From: an uncultured Chloroflexia bacterium
GTDB lineage: Bacteria; Chloroflexota; Chloroflexia; Thermomicrobiales; UBA6265
DNA: 64,000 bases
Assembly: GCA_963737985.1 (NCBI GenBank)
Contig: CAVTUU010000001.1
Coordinates: 130,414 to 194,413, forward strand
Direction of reading: 5' to 3'
The notes beneath the pieces are model-generated. The model saw only the letters and a program-made list of their open reading frames with translations. It did not search any database and was not told where the DNA came from. Shown one piece after another: positions 50,095-61,104 of the stretch. The position numbers and the translations under genes are program-made. How positions within the stretch are numbered: the first letter of the stretch is position 1; each line of letters starts with the position of its first letter.

Positions 50095-51669
50095 ATGCCC
50101 ACAGATCGTGCCAGCGGTATATTGGCCCACCCAACGTCATTTCCTGGACCGCATGGAATTGGAGATCTCGGCGAGGCTGCATATCGGTTTATCGACTGGC
50201 TCGTCGTTGCCGGACAGCGACTTTGGCAGGTCATGCCGTTGAGTCCAACCGGCTTCGGAGATTCTCCTTACGCATCGCCATCTGCATTCGCGGGCAATCC
50301 GCTTCTCATCTCGCTCGCATCGCTGGTCGGTGAACAGCTATTGGACGAGACCGACCTCGCGCTCCACGAGCCTTTCCACGATTACGATGTCGAGTTCGGG
50401 CGCGTCATTGCATTCAAGAATGATCTTCTGCGACGGGCATTTGAGCGATTCCGCAACAGCGCCAATTCGCACTTGCGATTCCCATTCGAACAATTTAGCC
50501 GTGATAACGCGAGTTGGCTTGACGACTACGCCCTCTTCATGGCACTGAAAGACCAGCATGCTGGCGCTCCGTGGTTCGAATGGGAACCTGAAATACGGCT
50601 AAGGAAGCGGAATTCAATCGCGCATTGGAACGCCGAGCTCAAGGATGAAGTTCGCCTTCACCGATTCGTGCAATTTTTGTTCAGAAGACAATGGTCCGAG
50701 CTAAAGAAATACGCCAACGATCGCCAGATTCGAATCATCGGCGACATTCCAATCTTCGTCGCCTTCGACAGTGCTGATGTCTGGGCAAACCAAAAACAGT
50801 TTCGTTTGGATGCTGCCGGCAACCCACTTGTCGTTTCTGGAGTTCCTCCCGATTATTTTTCCGCGACCGGCCAAATCTGGGGTAACCCGATTTTCGACTG
50901 GCATGAAATGCAGCGCACCGGCTACGCGTGGTGGATCGACCGAATACGAGCCACGTTACATCTTGTCGATGTCATTCGTATTGACCACTTCCGAGGGTTT
51001 TCCGCAGCATGGAGCATCCCCTATGGCGAAGCTACCGCTGCGGGAGGGCGATGGGAACCAGGACCAGGGCGTGAGGTCTTCGATGCGATCACTGACGAGC
51101 TTGGGCCGGTACCTTTCGTAGTCGAGGATTTGGGGCTCATCACTGCCGATGTGCGCGAGCTGCGGGAGGATCTCGGCTATCCAGGCATGGCAGTCCTTCA
51201 ATTTGCCTTCGATGGCGACCCCGACAATACCTATTTGCCCCACAACTATTCCCCTGATGTCGCCGTCTATAGCGGTACGCACGACAATCAAACGACAAGT
51301 GGCTGGTTTCATTCTCTGCCAGTCGAAGACCAAGAGCAGGTACAACGCTATATCGGACGTGACGGCAGCGATATTGCATGGGATTTCATTCGCTTAGGAC
51401 TGTCGTCGGTCGCTGGCATGGCGATTTTTCCGTTACAGGACATTCTCAGACTCGGAGACGAGGCGCGCATGAATACACCTGGTCGCCCAATGGGAAACTG
51501 GGGTTGGCGTTATCTCACACACCAGTTGCATCATGGGCTGGCTGCCGGGTTGGGTGAACTTACACTGGCATATGGCAGGCGACCACGACGGTTCGAAGAT
51601 GCGGGATATGATCCGTATGATTACACAGCGCCTGGAACCACTCACCCACTCTATCCAGTGAGCCTTTGA
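50095..51669 (+). CDS. malQ: 4-alpha-glucanotransferase (GH77)
   Basis: RASGILAHPTS, DSPY, IGDIPIFV, GVPPDYFSATGQ, RIDHFRG, EDLG, GTHDN, RMNTPG. Confidence 0.97.
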   Translation: MPTDRASGILAHPTSFPGPHGIGDLGEAAYRFIDWLVVAGQRLWQVMPLSPTGFGDSPYASPSAFAGNPLLISLASLVGEQLLDETDLALHEPFHDYDVEFGRVIAFKNDLLRRAFERFRNSANSHLRFPFEQFSRDNASWLDDYALFMALKDQHAGAPWFEWEPEIRLRKRNSIAHWNAELKDEVRLHRFVQFLFRRQWSELKKYANDRQIRIIGDIPIFVAFDSADVWANQKQFRLDAAGNPLVVSGVPPDYFSATGQIWGNPIFDWHEMQRTGYAWWIDRIRATLHLVDVIRIDHFRGFSAAWSIPYGEATAAGGRWEPGPGREVFDAITDELGPVPFVVEDLGLITADVRELREDLGYPGMAVLQFAFDGDPDNTYLPHNYSPDVAVYSGTHDNQTTSGWFHSLPVEDQEQVQRYIGRDGSDIAWDFIRLGLSSVAGMAIFPLQDILRLGDEARMNTPGRPMGNWGWRYLTHQLHHGLAAGLGELTLAYGRRPRRFEDAGYDPYDYTAPGTTHPLYPVSL

Positions 51670-51761
51670 TTGCCTCAGAGTAAGATTGCTCTAACAACCC
51701 ACATTGCGATCTGCGCGTTACCCGCGTTCGAACGGAGCACTGACCCGTAAAGGAATCATCC

Positions 51762-53483
51762 ATGAAGAAATCTGGTGCGTTCACATTCGTCTTGCACAGC
51801 CATCTCCCTTACGCCCGCCAGGCCGGCACATGGCCCCATGGAGAAGAGTGGGTGCATGAGGCAATCGCCGAGACATACATTCCACTGTTGAACGCTCTAT
51901 TTGATCTTCGTGACGAGGGTGTTCCATTTCATCTGACGATCGGAGTTACCCCGGTCCTCGCTGAACAACTTTCCGACCCACTGATCACCGATCATTTCGT
52001 CATTTTTGCCGCGGAACGGGCAGCATGGGCCGGCAAGGATGTCTCACGATTCGAAGAGGCTGGCGATCAAACCTTGACTGAGCTCGCGCGGTTTTACCAT
52101 CATTGGTACGCGCGAAATCTGACGAGCTTTCAGGATCGATTTAACCGGGACATTGTTGGAGCATTTCGCCAGCTTCAAGACGAAGGTTTCATCGAAATTG
52201 CAACGTCCGCCGCTACTCACGGATATTTGCCGCTCCTTGCCCGAGATTCGTCGATCTACGGTCAGCTCAAGACTGGAGTTGATGCGTATCGCCGTCATTT
52301 CAACAAGGACCCGAAGGCGATTTGGCTTCCTGAGTGCGCGTACCGGAGCGCCTTTGAAGAGAAGGAATACGGCAAAACCATCCGTCGCCCCGGCCTCGAG
52401 TCCTTCCTGGCTGAACTTGGTCTTAAAGTATTCTTCAGCGAGACCCATACTGTAGAGGGCGGAAGTCCAGTCGGTAAGGCCGCAGGTGAAGCGATTGGAC
52501 CTTACAGCGTCCCTGCACGAACTCCGGTCTCCCACGAGCACTATGAAGAACAACTTCACCCAGGTACAACCTATCAGCCCTATTGGGTTGGCGACGAACC
52601 GGGGCGTGTCGCGGTGCTTGGGCGCAACAATCAGACGGGAGAGCAGGTGTGGTCCGGCACGTACGGCTATCCCGGTGACTTTGTGTATCGCGAGTTCCAC
52701 CGCAAGGATAGCGTGTCCGGTATGCAATACTGGCGAATCGGAGGTAAGGAACTCGACCTCGGTAAGAAACCACCGTATGACCCGGCAAAAGCAGCCGACC
52801 AAGTGAAAGCACACGCTCAGCACTTCGCGTCCTTGGTCACCCGGTTGCTCGCAGAGTATGAGCAAGGGGCCGGCAAGCCTGGAGTCGTCTCGGCCGCGTT
52901 CGACACTGAACTTTTTGGTCACTGGTGGTTTGAGGGTGTCGACTGGTTAAAAGAAGTCCTTCGGCTCTTGGCGGTCGATCCGACCGTCGAATTGACCACC
53001 GCTTCGCGAATGATCGATGAGTACACGCCTCCCGGCATATTGAATCTACCGGAATCCAGTTGGGGAGCGGGCGGTGGCCACGATACGTGGTTCAACAATG
53101 AAACGAAGTGGATGTGGCCAAAGATTCATGAAGCTGAACGTCGGATGGAAGAAGTCGTCAAGCGGACGCAAGAAGGCGCCGAAACGGATGTTCTCGAACA
53201 ACTGGCGCGTGAACTGCTCCTCCTCGAGAGTAGTGATTGGCCGTTCCTGATCACGACCGGACAAGCGAAGGAATACGCGACGAAGCGGTTCAACGACCAT
53301 CTCAATCGATTCAATCAACTGGCAGATATGGCGGAATCAGACGAAGATTTGACAGAAGCGAATCTAGCGCGCGTGGCGGAGCTAGAACAGAAGGATAATC
53401 CGTTCCCGACCATCGATTATCGAGTGTTCGCTGAACGTCAAGGTTCCGCTGCGCCAGTTGCAAAGGTTGGCGCGAATCAGTAG
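51762..53483 (+). CDS. GH57 1,4-alpha-glucan branching enzyme (with DUF1957-type C-terminus)
   Basis: FVLHSHLPY, ETYIPLL, ATHGYLPL, WLPECAY, FDTELFGHWW, RELLLLESSDWPF. Confidence 0.93.
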   Translation: MKKSGAFTFVLHSHLPYARQAGTWPHGEEWVHEAIAETYIPLLNALFDLRDEGVPFHLTIGVTPVLAEQLSDPLITDHFVIFAAERAAWAGKDVSRFEEAGDQTLTELARFYHHWYARNLTSFQDRFNRDIVGAFRQLQDEGFIEIATSAATHGYLPLLARDSSIYGQLKTGVDAYRRHFNKDPKAIWLPECAYRSAFEEKEYGKTIRRPGLESFLAELGLKVFFSETHTVEGGSPVGKAAGEAIGPYSVPARTPVSHEHYEEQLHPGTTYQPYWVGDEPGRVAVLGRNNQTGEQVWSGTYGYPGDFVYREFHRKDSVSGMQYWRIGGKELDLGKKPPYDPAKAADQVKAHAQHFASLVTRLLAEYEQGAGKPGVVSAAFDTELFGHWWFEGVDWLKEVLRLLAVDPTVELTTASRMIDEYTPPGILNLPESSWGAGGGHDTWFNNETKWMWPKIHEAERRMEEVVKRTQEGAETDVLEQLARELLLLESSDWPFLITTGQAKEYATKRFNDHLNRFNQLADMAESDEDLTEANLARVAELEQKDNPFPTIDYRVFAERQGSAAPVAKVGANQ

Positions 53484-53485
53484 GA

Positions 53486-56188
53486 CTAGGACCTATCTCC
53501 ACCGACTTGCCGGTGTAGTTCATAGAGTTTAGTGAGCGCATCAAGCGGCGACATCGATTCAACATCGAGTCGTTTCAACTCTTCGACAATTGGATCAGGC
53601 TCCCCAAAGAGCGTCAATTGAAATGACAGCTCGCTTGATGATATTGGGGCCGGCGCACTGAGCTCCGCCGATCGATGTGTTCGATCCGAATGCCCGGTAC
53701 TCGTCGTCTCTAAGTCGAGCAAGATCTCGCGCGCTCGTTTGATTACGCCTTTCGGCACACCGGCGAGTTGGGCGACATGTACGCCATACGATCGGTCTGC
53801 TCCGCCTGGCACCACGTGGTGAAGAAACACGACTTCATCGCCGTCCTCGTAGACGTCCATGCGATAGCACTTTACTCTCGGCAGCAATTGCTCAAGAGCC
53901 GTCAATTCGTGGTAATGGGTCGCAAATAAGGTCCGGCAGCCGAGCCGAGGGGAATTGTGAAGAAACTCGACGATTGCTCGTGCGATCGCCAGTCCGTCAT
54001 AGGTGCTCGTGCCGCGGCCGATTTCGTCGAGCAAAACGAGGCTCTTCGCAGTGGCGTGGTTGAGAATATTTGCTGTCTCCAGCATTTCAACCATAAATGT
54101 GCTTTGACCGGAGGTAATATCGTCTTGCGCCCCGATGCGTGTAAATATTCGATCAACTAGTCCGATCTTCGCCGATCTCGCTGGCACGAATGAACCGATC
54201 TGAGCGAGCAGCACGGTGAGCGCGACCTGACGCAGCCAACTGCTTTTGCCCGCCATATTTGGGCCGGTCAGAATGACAATCTGCGTTTCTTCACAATTAA
54301 CGGTTGCATCGTTGGGAACGTACTCACCCGAGCCAATATGTGCTTCGATCGTCGGGTGACGACCCTCGCAAATTTCAATGCATTCGCGGTCATTGACCTC
54401 AGGGCGGACATAGTTCCGTCGTGCCGCCACATCTGCAAGGCTAGAATAAACATCGAGCTTAGCGAGGATTTGAGACGCCTCGAGCAGACTCTTGCTTTGA
54501 CCACTAACCTGCACAACGAGCCTGTGAAAGGCAGAAGCCTCCAGATCGGCGCTCGTTTCGTCGGCGGTTAACACGATAGTTTCGTATTCTTTGAGCTTCG
54601 GTGTGAAATAGCGGACGCCATTCGTCAAGGTCTGCTTCGGAATATAGTCGTCGGGCAAGGGGGAGCCATTCATACCGGCTTTTGCTCGATCGCGTTCCGC
54701 TGAGGCGATGGTCGCGGTGGACACCTCAAGGTAGTAACCGAAAACTTTGTTGTAACCGACCTTAAGCGAGCGCATACCAGTTCGCTCGCGTTCGTGCCGT
54801 TCAAGTCCAGCGATCCAGTCTCGCGCTTCTTTAGCTTTCAATCGCAGGGTATCGAGCTCAATTGCGAATCCGGGCCGTAACGTCGGTCCTTTGCCGAGCG
54901 CCACTGGAGGTTCTTCGACGATACTGGCCTCGAGCAGGGCACGAAGTTCTTCACATTCTGGCAGCCTGCACGCCTGATTCGCCTTTGAGAGAATTCGATT
55001 CACCTCAGGAAAACTGGCAAGCGACAAGCGAAGGGCTCCTAAATCTCTCGGAGTCGACATGCCTGAAATTGCACGATTTGTCAGTCGTTCGACGTCTCCG
55101 ATGGCTGTAATGACTCCGCGCAATTCCTCCCGCGCGAGTCGATTTGTCACGAACCACTCAACTTGATCGAGGCGAAGTTGAATCTGGTCGACTTGAAGGA
55201 GTGGTTGATTGACCCATTGCCGGAGCAATCTCGCACCCATGGGCGTACGCGTCTGATCAAGCACCGCGATCAGGCTATGCCGCCGCTCGCCGCGAGCGCT
55301 ATCGGTCAGTTCAAGATTTTTTCGTGTCTGAATATCGAGCGTCATGAAATCTTCGACGCTGTACGAAGTGAGCTCCGAAATTTGGGTGAGACCAGACAAT
55401 TGAGTTTCGGCTAAGTACTGAAGCAAACCCCCTGCGGTCATGACGGCGAGCGATTTTCCGACGCAGCCAAATCCATCGAGCGATGGCACTCCGAAGTGCC
55501 TCTGGAGGGCGTCGTACGCCCGGTCCAGGCGCCACTTCCATGGTTCAAGTTGGCTAAGAACTGGTCCCTCGATCAACCACTCAGGTCGGGAGTCTTCGGA
55601 GACAGGGTTCGTAGTTGCTGAAACGACGACTTCCCTGGGTTGCAAGCGACCAAGTTCGCGCTCGATTGCTCGCAGGATCTCTACTTCATCGGATCGTTCG
55701 AATTCTGTGCAGTGAAACTGGCCGGTCGAAATATCCGCGACCGCGATTCCGGCCCGATTACGATCTTCCAGTACCGCCACAATGTAGTTATTGGCGTGGT
55801 CGTCGAGCATCTGAGGATCGAGAACCGTGCCAGGCGTCACAACTCTCGTGACATCTCGCTCCACCAGTCCCCGGCCTTTTGTCGAACCACCAATTTGCTC
55901 GCAGACCGCGACTTTGTGTCCCGCTGAAACGAGACGCGCAATGTAACCCTCAGCGGAGTGGTAGGGGATACCGGCCATAGGCACACGTTGTCCCTTGCCC
56001 ATATTGCGACCGGTCAACACAATATCAAGGATGCGAGCCGCGAGCTCAGCATCTTCGTCGAACGTCTCGTAGAAATCGCCGAGACGAAAAAGCAGGATTG
56101 TGTCGGGAAATCGACTCTTAAGTTGCAAATACTGACGGCGAAAAGACACGGCTTGAGCATCGGCATTGTTCGCCATTGGAGTCTGCAT
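53486..56188 (-). CDS. mutS: DNA mismatch repair protein MutS
   Basis: FRLGDFYE, RVVTPGT, TGPNMAGKS, STFMVEM, DEIGRGTST, FATHYHEL, SYGVHVA. Confidence 0.98.
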   Translation of the reverse strand: MQTPMANNADAQAVSFRRQYLQLKSRFPDTILLFRLGDFYETFDEDAELAARILDIVLTGRNMGKGQRVPMAGIPYHSAEGYIARLVSAGHKVAVCEQIGGSTKGRGLVERDVTRVVTPGTVLDPQMLDDHANNYIVAVLEDRNRAGIAVADISTGQFHCTEFERSDEVEILRAIERELGRLQPREVVVSATTNPVSEDSRPEWLIEGPVLSQLEPWKWRLDRAYDALQRHFGVPSLDGFGCVGKSLAVMTAGGLLQYLAETQLSGLTQISELTSYSVEDFMTLDIQTRKNLELTDSARGERRHSLIAVLDQTRTPMGARLLRQWVNQPLLQVDQIQLRLDQVEWFVTNRLAREELRGVITAIGDVERLTNRAISGMSTPRDLGALRLSLASFPEVNRILSKANQACRLPECEELRALLEASIVEEPPVALGKGPTLRPGFAIELDTLRLKAKEARDWIAGLERHERERTGMRSLKVGYNKVFGYYLEVSTATIASAERDRAKAGMNGSPLPDDYIPKQTLTNGVRYFTPKLKEYETIVLTADETSADLEASAFHRLVVQVSGQSKSLLEASQILAKLDVYSSLADVAARRNYVRPEVNDRECIEICEGRHPTIEAHIGSGEYVPNDATVNCEETQIVILTGPNMAGKSSWLRQVALTVLLAQIGSFVPARSAKIGLVDRIFTRIGAQDDITSGQSTFMVEMLETANILNHATAKSLVLLDEIGRGTSTYDGLAIARAIVEFLHNSPRLGCRTLFATHYHELTALEQLLPRVKCYRMDVYEDGDEVVFLHHVVPGGADRSYGVHVAQLAGVPKGVIKRAREILLDLETTSTGHSDRTHRSAELSAPAPISSSELSFQLTLFGEPDPIVEELKRLDVESMSPLDALTKLYELHRQVGGDRS

Positions 56189-56345
56189 CGTGCGTTTAAT
56201 TCACTCCCGGGAGTGTGCCGTATGAGTCTCAGACCGCAGATTTTGAATGCGACTCAGTTTAGACTACGTCAGGTTCATTCCTAAGGCAATGCAAGATTTC
56301 GGCGTTCGAGTTTTCTCGAGCGCGGGAATACATTGAGGGAGTCTC

Positions 56346-56618
56346 ATGACAAAATTCGTGGCCATCTTGACGTTCCAAAACGAAGAGCAGCGAATGAAAA
56401 TCAGGCCAAAGCACAGAGAATACCTGGCGTCACTGCTCGCGGAAGGCAAACTCGTCCTCTCTGGACCATTTGCAGACGAAAAGGGTGCGCTCATCATTTA
56501 CGAAGGGCCGTCAGAAGAGGACGTGCGCGCCATTATCGCGGCTGATCCCTACTCGAGTGTTGATGCGATTGCTGATCTACAGCTTCGAGAATGGAAGCAA
56601 GTCTTTCCGCACGAGTAG
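56346..56618 (+). CDS. YciI family protein
   Basis: RPKHREYL, LSGPF, GALII, DPY; GAGGGAG RBS. Confidence 0.88.
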   Translation: MTKFVAILTFQNEEQRMKIRPKHREYLASLLAEGKLVLSGPFADEKGALIIYEGPSEEDVRAIIAADPYSSVDAIADLQLREWKQVFPHE

Positions 56619-56626
56619 TCCAATCG

Positions 56627-57325
56627 TCATAGCGGTCGGTTGGGCGGTTTCAGATGTTGAATCTTTCCTTCTCGATCTACCGTGATGACCTCACTCGCCA
56701 TCTTCAAGAACAAACCGTGATCGACCACTCCGGCCGTCAACTTGATTGCACGATCCAGTTCCTCCGGGGAGTCAATTGGACCAGATGCGCAGTCAAAAAT
56801 GAAGTTCCCGCCGTCGGACACGACCGGCAAGCCCTCGGCGGAGATTCTCAGGGTCGGCTGCAAGCCAAGGCTCTCCAGGCGTTCTCTGGTCTTGTCGTTT
56901 GCAAATTGGACAACTTCTACGGGAAGTGGAAGTCTGGTTCCTAGCTTTTCAACCAACTTCTCACAGGCGGCGACGATGACTAAACGCGAACAGGCGAGCG
57001 CAACGAGTTTTTCGTAAAGCAACGCCCCACCCCGGCCCTTGACCAAGTCGAGTTCCGGTGAGATCTCGTCTGCGCCATCGATGCCAATCTCGAGCGACTC
57101 AATATCATTGAGGTCAACGAGTCGGATTCCACAAGATGATGCAAGGCGAGCAGTTCGCATTGAGGTGGCAACACCAGAAAATATTGCGCCCTGTTCGACG
57201 CGATTGCCGAGTTCTCTGATGACTGCTTCAGCCGTTGAGCCAGATCCTAGGCCAAGAAGTGCTCCGTCCGGTACATCCGACGCGACCTCGGATGCGAGCC
57301 GAAATAATCGCTCGCTATCGTCCAT
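56627..57325 (-). CDS. rpiA: Ribose-5-phosphate isomerase A
   Basis: GLGSGST, IDGADE, KGRGGALLYEK, LPVEV, GVVDHGLF. Confidence 0.95.
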   Translation of the reverse strand: MDDSERLFRLASEVASDVPDGALLGLGSGSTAEAVIRELGNRVEQGAIFSGVATSMRTARLASSCGIRLVDLNDIESLEIGIDGADEISPELDLVKGRGGALLYEKLVALACSRLVIVAACEKLVEKLGTRLPLPVEVVQFANDKTRERLESLGLQPTLRISAEGLPVVSDGGNFIFDCASGPIDSPEELDRAIKLTAGVVDHGLFLKMASEVITVDREGKIQHLKPPNRPL

Positions 57326-57326
57326 G

Positions 57327-58115
57327 CTAGTAAGCCGGCACTCGTGAGAGTTCGGCCGCGGCGGCTTGGTCAACAAGCCACGTCAGTACTCCATTCGCCG
57401 GCATAACTACCTGCGCTGGCAAAACATCTGGCTGGTACTCGCCCTCTAGAACCCGTTTCAGCACTTCGGCTTTTCCGGAACCGGAAACGAGGAACACGGC
57501 TTGCCTCGTTGCGTTGATGAGTGGTGGAGTGAACGTCAGTCGTGCTGCATCCAGCTTCGGCACATGGTTGGCGACCACGAGATTGTTGCGTTCGCGAACC
57601 GCTGGAGTGCCAGGAAACAATGACGCGGTGTGCCCGTCTTCGCCAAGTCCAAGCAAGATGAGATCAAATCTGGGTGGATACTGATTCTCAGGCAAAACTG
57701 CGCGAATCTTGGCTTCCATCTTTGCCGCGGCGATATCAGGATCTTCGGCAGTCGTGTCATACGTGTGAACGTTTTCAGGGTTGATGGGCGCTTGATCGAG
57801 AAATCCCCGCATCGCCACGCCGGCGTTGCACTCTTCGGAATCGATCGGGACCCAGCGCTCATCTCCCCAGAAGATTTCCACTCGATTCCACGGAATTCGG
57901 CGTTGAAAGGGAGGCGTAGAGAGGACATTCCCCATAGCAATAGGTGTCGAGCCGCCAGAAAGAGCGATATAAGCCCTTCCGCGGCCAAGTTCCGCCTCCT
58001 GGGCCGCCCCAGCAAACACTTCGGCAGCACGTCGCGCGAGCGACGCACTGTCTGGCAGGACGATAACGAGACCACGCTCGCGAAAATCAATGATCTCTTG
58101 GCCGCCAGATGTCAT
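57327..58115 (-). CDS. pgl: 6-phosphogluconolactonase
   Basis: ALSGGSTP, FWGDERWVP, LGLGEDGHTASLFP, RLTFT. Confidence 0.95.
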   Translation of the reverse strand: MTSGGQEIIDFRERGLVIVLPDSASLARRAAEVFAGAAQEAELGRGRAYIALSGGSTPIAMGNVLSTPPFQRRIPWNRVEIFWGDERWVPIDSEECNAGVAMRGFLDQAPINPENVHTYDTTAEDPDIAAAKMEAKIRAVLPENQYPPRFDLILLGLGEDGHTASLFPGTPAVRERNNLVVANHVPKLDAARLTFTPPLINATRQAVFLVSGSGKAEVLKRVLEGEYQPDVLPAQVVMPANGVLTWLVDQAAAAELSRVPAY

Positions 58116-59350
58116 TCCAATTCGCCTTCTGGAACAAGTGTCGCCGCGAACGCGAGCGATTCCTCAAATACAACGTCTCGGCCGAAATGCCGCAGTTCGT
58201 GCTCCAGGAGTGAAACGTTTTCCTGGGCATGAAGATAAACCGCTCGACTAACCACTGGAGCTTCCGCGTTCTCGGTTCGAGTCATCAATGTGTTGGCGCC
58301 TGTGCGCTCAACCGAATAGAGTCCGGCGGCGGGGGCAATGGCTGCCAGTGTCAAACTAGCTAGGCAAGTGTCAACAGATTCACTTGTTGGGTGAAGGCGA
58401 AGAATGACTTCGCGTCTCCGCCCAACTTTGCCGGCTCGCAAAGTAACACGCCAGCCGTTGTGCGTGCGAACGAGCTCTCCAGGCGCCTGCCAGCCGAGCC
58501 GGGTCGAAAGCCATCCAGCCGCCATGAGCGCCGATGTGAGCCCACTTGATTTTCCATCCTGCGGCCGCTCGTAAGTGATAACGACTTCGTCGATCGTCTC
58601 CAGCGACAGCTGGGCGATGGTGGAATCAAAAAACTGTGCCACGACTTGGCGCCATGGGACGAGGCGAGTCCAGGCAAAATCACTCGCTTTCAGTCCAATC
58701 TTCGAGCGATGAATCAAATTTGAAAGCTCGATGATCGTCCGCCCGCGGTGATCCAAGGAGGCGCTGTCCACGAGCAGCCGATCAGAAATCTCGGCAAGTT
58801 CCATGAACAGCGATGTCATCGGCAGCGAGGTCCCGCACCACCACAGAAACGTTGGCAACTCGGGAACCATGAGCGAAGACGCAACGCTCGCCAATGAAGT
58901 TGGCGGCTCACCCTTCAGCGCTATTGTCAGGCATTCGAACTGCACTGCCGGGCGCATTTTCGACGACTCATGCTGATGGACTGAGAGTCGAATGCTGAGC
59001 GAAGGCGAATCACTTTCCGTGGGAGCTCTGACGAGGATGATGGTTCTCGACGGCGTCAACTCGCTGAGTTGATTGATAACCCCTTCAATTTCCTGAGCAT
59101 CGTCAATTGACTCAACTGACACGACCAAATTCAGCGTGGACGCGCGCATCAGCCCGACGTCGCCGTCCGTCGCAACATGGTTCTGACGAAGATCGCGCTG
59201 AGCAGTAAGCTCTGCCCAAAGACGCTCGAGCTCACGCTCAACTCGGCTCGTTTCGAGTTCTTCACTTTCCCACGAAGTTGAAACAGACGGAGCCGCTACG
59301 ATCAGGCGGGTTCCGCTGGTTGGCCCAGCCGCCATAAACCGTCGTGCCAT
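58112..59350 (-). CDS. opcA: Glucose-6-phosphate dehydrogenase assembly/activator protein OpcA
   Basis: RASTLNLVV, PSRTI, PELPTFLWW, DRLLVDS, DFAWTRLVPWR, GWL; lies directly after zwf. Confidence 0.9.
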   Translation of the reverse strand: MARRFMAAGPTSGTRLIVAAPSVSTSWESEELETSRVERELERLWAELTAQRDLRQNHVATDGDVGLMRASTLNLVVSVESIDDAQEIEGVINQLSELTPSRTIILVRAPTESDSPSLSIRLSVHQHESSKMRPAVQFECLTIALKGEPPTSLASVASSLMVPELPTFLWWCGTSLPMTSLFMELAEISDRLLVDSASLDHRGRTIIELSNLIHRSKIGLKASDFAWTRLVPWRQVVAQFFDSTIAQLSLETIDEVVITYERPQDGKSSGLTSALMAAGWLSTRLGWQAPGELVRTHNGWRVTLRAGKVGRRREVILRLHPTSESVDTCLASLTLAAIAPAAGLYSVERTGANTLMTRTENAEAPVVSRAVYLHAQENVSLLEHELRHFGRDVVFEESLAFAATLVPEGELE

Positions 59351-59352
59351 AA

Positions 59353-61092
59353 CTACGGCCGTCTCCACGCGCGGTTATCACGCGCGAGGAGTTGATCCGC
59401 ATCTTCCGGACCCCAGGTACCAGCTTCGTACTGCGGCAATGCGGATGGCGTGCGCTCAGCCCAACCGTCCAGAAGTGGCTGAACGAGATGCCAAGCAGTC
59501 TCGACCTCGTCCCGGCGAGCGAATAATGTTGGATCGCCGAGCATCGCGTCGAGAAGCAGTCGCTCATAGGCATCTGGCCCGGATTCGCCAAACGCGGTGC
59601 CGTACTGAAAGTCCATTCGGACTGTACGAAGGTCTGTCGTCGGACCAGGCACCTTTGCCGCAAATCGAAGTGAAATTCCTTCGTCGGGCTGAATGCGCAT
59701 TGTGAGCACATTCGGCGCGAGGTCCATGACTCCGGTCGACTTGAACATCAAGTGTGGAACATTTTTGAATTCAATCGCGATTTCAGTGACACGGCGAGGC
59801 AATCGCTTACCTGTCCTGAGATAGAACGGAACATCAGCCCACCGCCAGTTATCAATCCCAAGCTTAAGAGCGACAAAGGTCTCAGTAACGGAGTGCGAAT
59901 TTACGTTCTTCTCTTTGTGATAACCGGGCACTGGACGTCCCGCGATGAAACCGGGCGCATATTGGCCGCGGACAGTCAAGTCTTCAATTTCGTCTCCGCG
60001 TGGCGGAACTACCGAGCGCAAGACCTTGACCTTCTCGTCTCGCAACGCATTGCCGTTGAAGAGGGCAGGGGGCTCCATCGCAACGACGGTGAGGAGCTGC
60101 AGCATATGGCTCTGCAACATGTCCCGCATGGCTCCAGCTTCCTCGTAATATGCGCCCCGGCCCTCAACACCAAGCGACTCCGCTACGGTGATCTGAACGT
60201 GATCGACATAATGCCGGTTCCAAACAGGCTCAAAAAGGATATTGGCGAACCGAAAGGCAAGGACGTTTTGCACCGTCTCTTTACCGAGATAGTGATCGAT
60301 TCGATAGATCTGACGTTCGGAGAATACTTTCGCGATCTCGCCGTTAAGTGCGTGTGCGCTTTCGACGTCGTGGCCGAACGGTTTCTCAACCACAATCCGA
60401 TTCCAGCTTTCAGAGGGATCTGAGTAGATGTCCTGGCGCCGCGCGAGTCCGACTTCACCAAGATTTTCAATAATCGGACCGTAGAAACTGGGCGGGGTCG
60501 CAAGGTAGAAGAGTCGATTGCCGCCGGCCCGACGTTCTTGATCGATCGTGTCGACCTGATTCTTGAGATTTTCGTAGGCCGCTGGATCGCGGAAATCACC
60601 TTTGACGTAATACAAGGCGTTTGAGAAGGTTTTCCAGCCTTCTTCGGTCAAAGGAGTCCGCGCCCACTGCTGGATCGCGGTTTTCATTTGCTCGCGAAAA
60701 TCGTCATTCGACCAGTCGCGATGCGAAACGCCGACGATCGTAAAACCTTCCGGGAGAGGATGGCCGATGGCGAGATCGTAGAGCGCCGGCATGAGCTTTC
60801 GCGACGTCAGGTCGCCACTCACTCCAAAAATCACCATGACACATGGCGACGGGACTCGGTCGATGTGAAGACCAGCCCGAAACGGATTCGTCTGGGCTAG
60901 GAGATCGGCTTCTTCCGCCACAAACTGATGCTGAACATGATCGAGTTCGATCATGCCTGGGTCGATCGCGGTCCTGACGATGCTCGTCCTCTCCTCGTCG
61001 ATCGTTTCGAACTTGGTCATGGACGACCCCGCTTCGAAGAGTTCAAATTCTGCAGTCTTCCAAGTCGTGCTGAATGCATCGTAAAACGACAC
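59353..61092 (-). CDS. zwf: Glucose-6-phosphate 1-dehydrogenase
   Basis: IFGVSGDLTSRKL, EKPFG, RIDHYLGKE, NWRWADVPFYLRTGK, AYERLL. Start may be ATG 61020. Confidence 0.97.
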   Translation of the reverse strand: MSFYDAFSTTWKTAEFELFEAGSSMTKFETIDEERTSIVRTAIDPGMIELDHVQHQFVAEEADLLAQTNPFRAGLHIDRVPSPCVMVIFGVSGDLTSRKLMPALYDLAIGHPLPEGFTIVGVSHRDWSNDDFREQMKTAIQQWARTPLTEEGWKTFSNALYYVKGDFRDPAAYENLKNQVDTIDQERRAGGNRLFYLATPPSFYGPIIENLGEVGLARRQDIYSDPSESWNRIVVEKPFGHDVESAHALNGEIAKVFSERQIYRIDHYLGKETVQNVLAFRFANILFEPVWNRHYVDHVQITVAESLGVEGRGAYYEEAGAMRDMLQSHMLQLLTVVAMEPPALFNGNALRDEKVKVLRSVVPPRGDEIEDLTVRGQYAPGFIAGRPVPGYHKEKNVNSHSVTETFVALKLGIDNWRWADVPFYLRTGKRLPRRVTEIAIEFKNVPHLMFKSTGVMDLAPNVLTMRIQPDEGISLRFAAKVPGPTTDLRTVRMDFQYGTAFGESGPDAYERLLLDAMLGDPTLFARRDEVETAWHLVQPLLDGWAERTPSALPQYEAGTWGPEDADQLLARDNRAWRRP

Positions 61093-61104
61093 CTTGTCAG
61101 CACG

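Noticed and set aside
56202..56215. Palindrome CACTCCCGGGAGTG over the mutS RBS
   Set aside because: Only a 5-bp hairpin stem with no other support; too weak to call regulatory.
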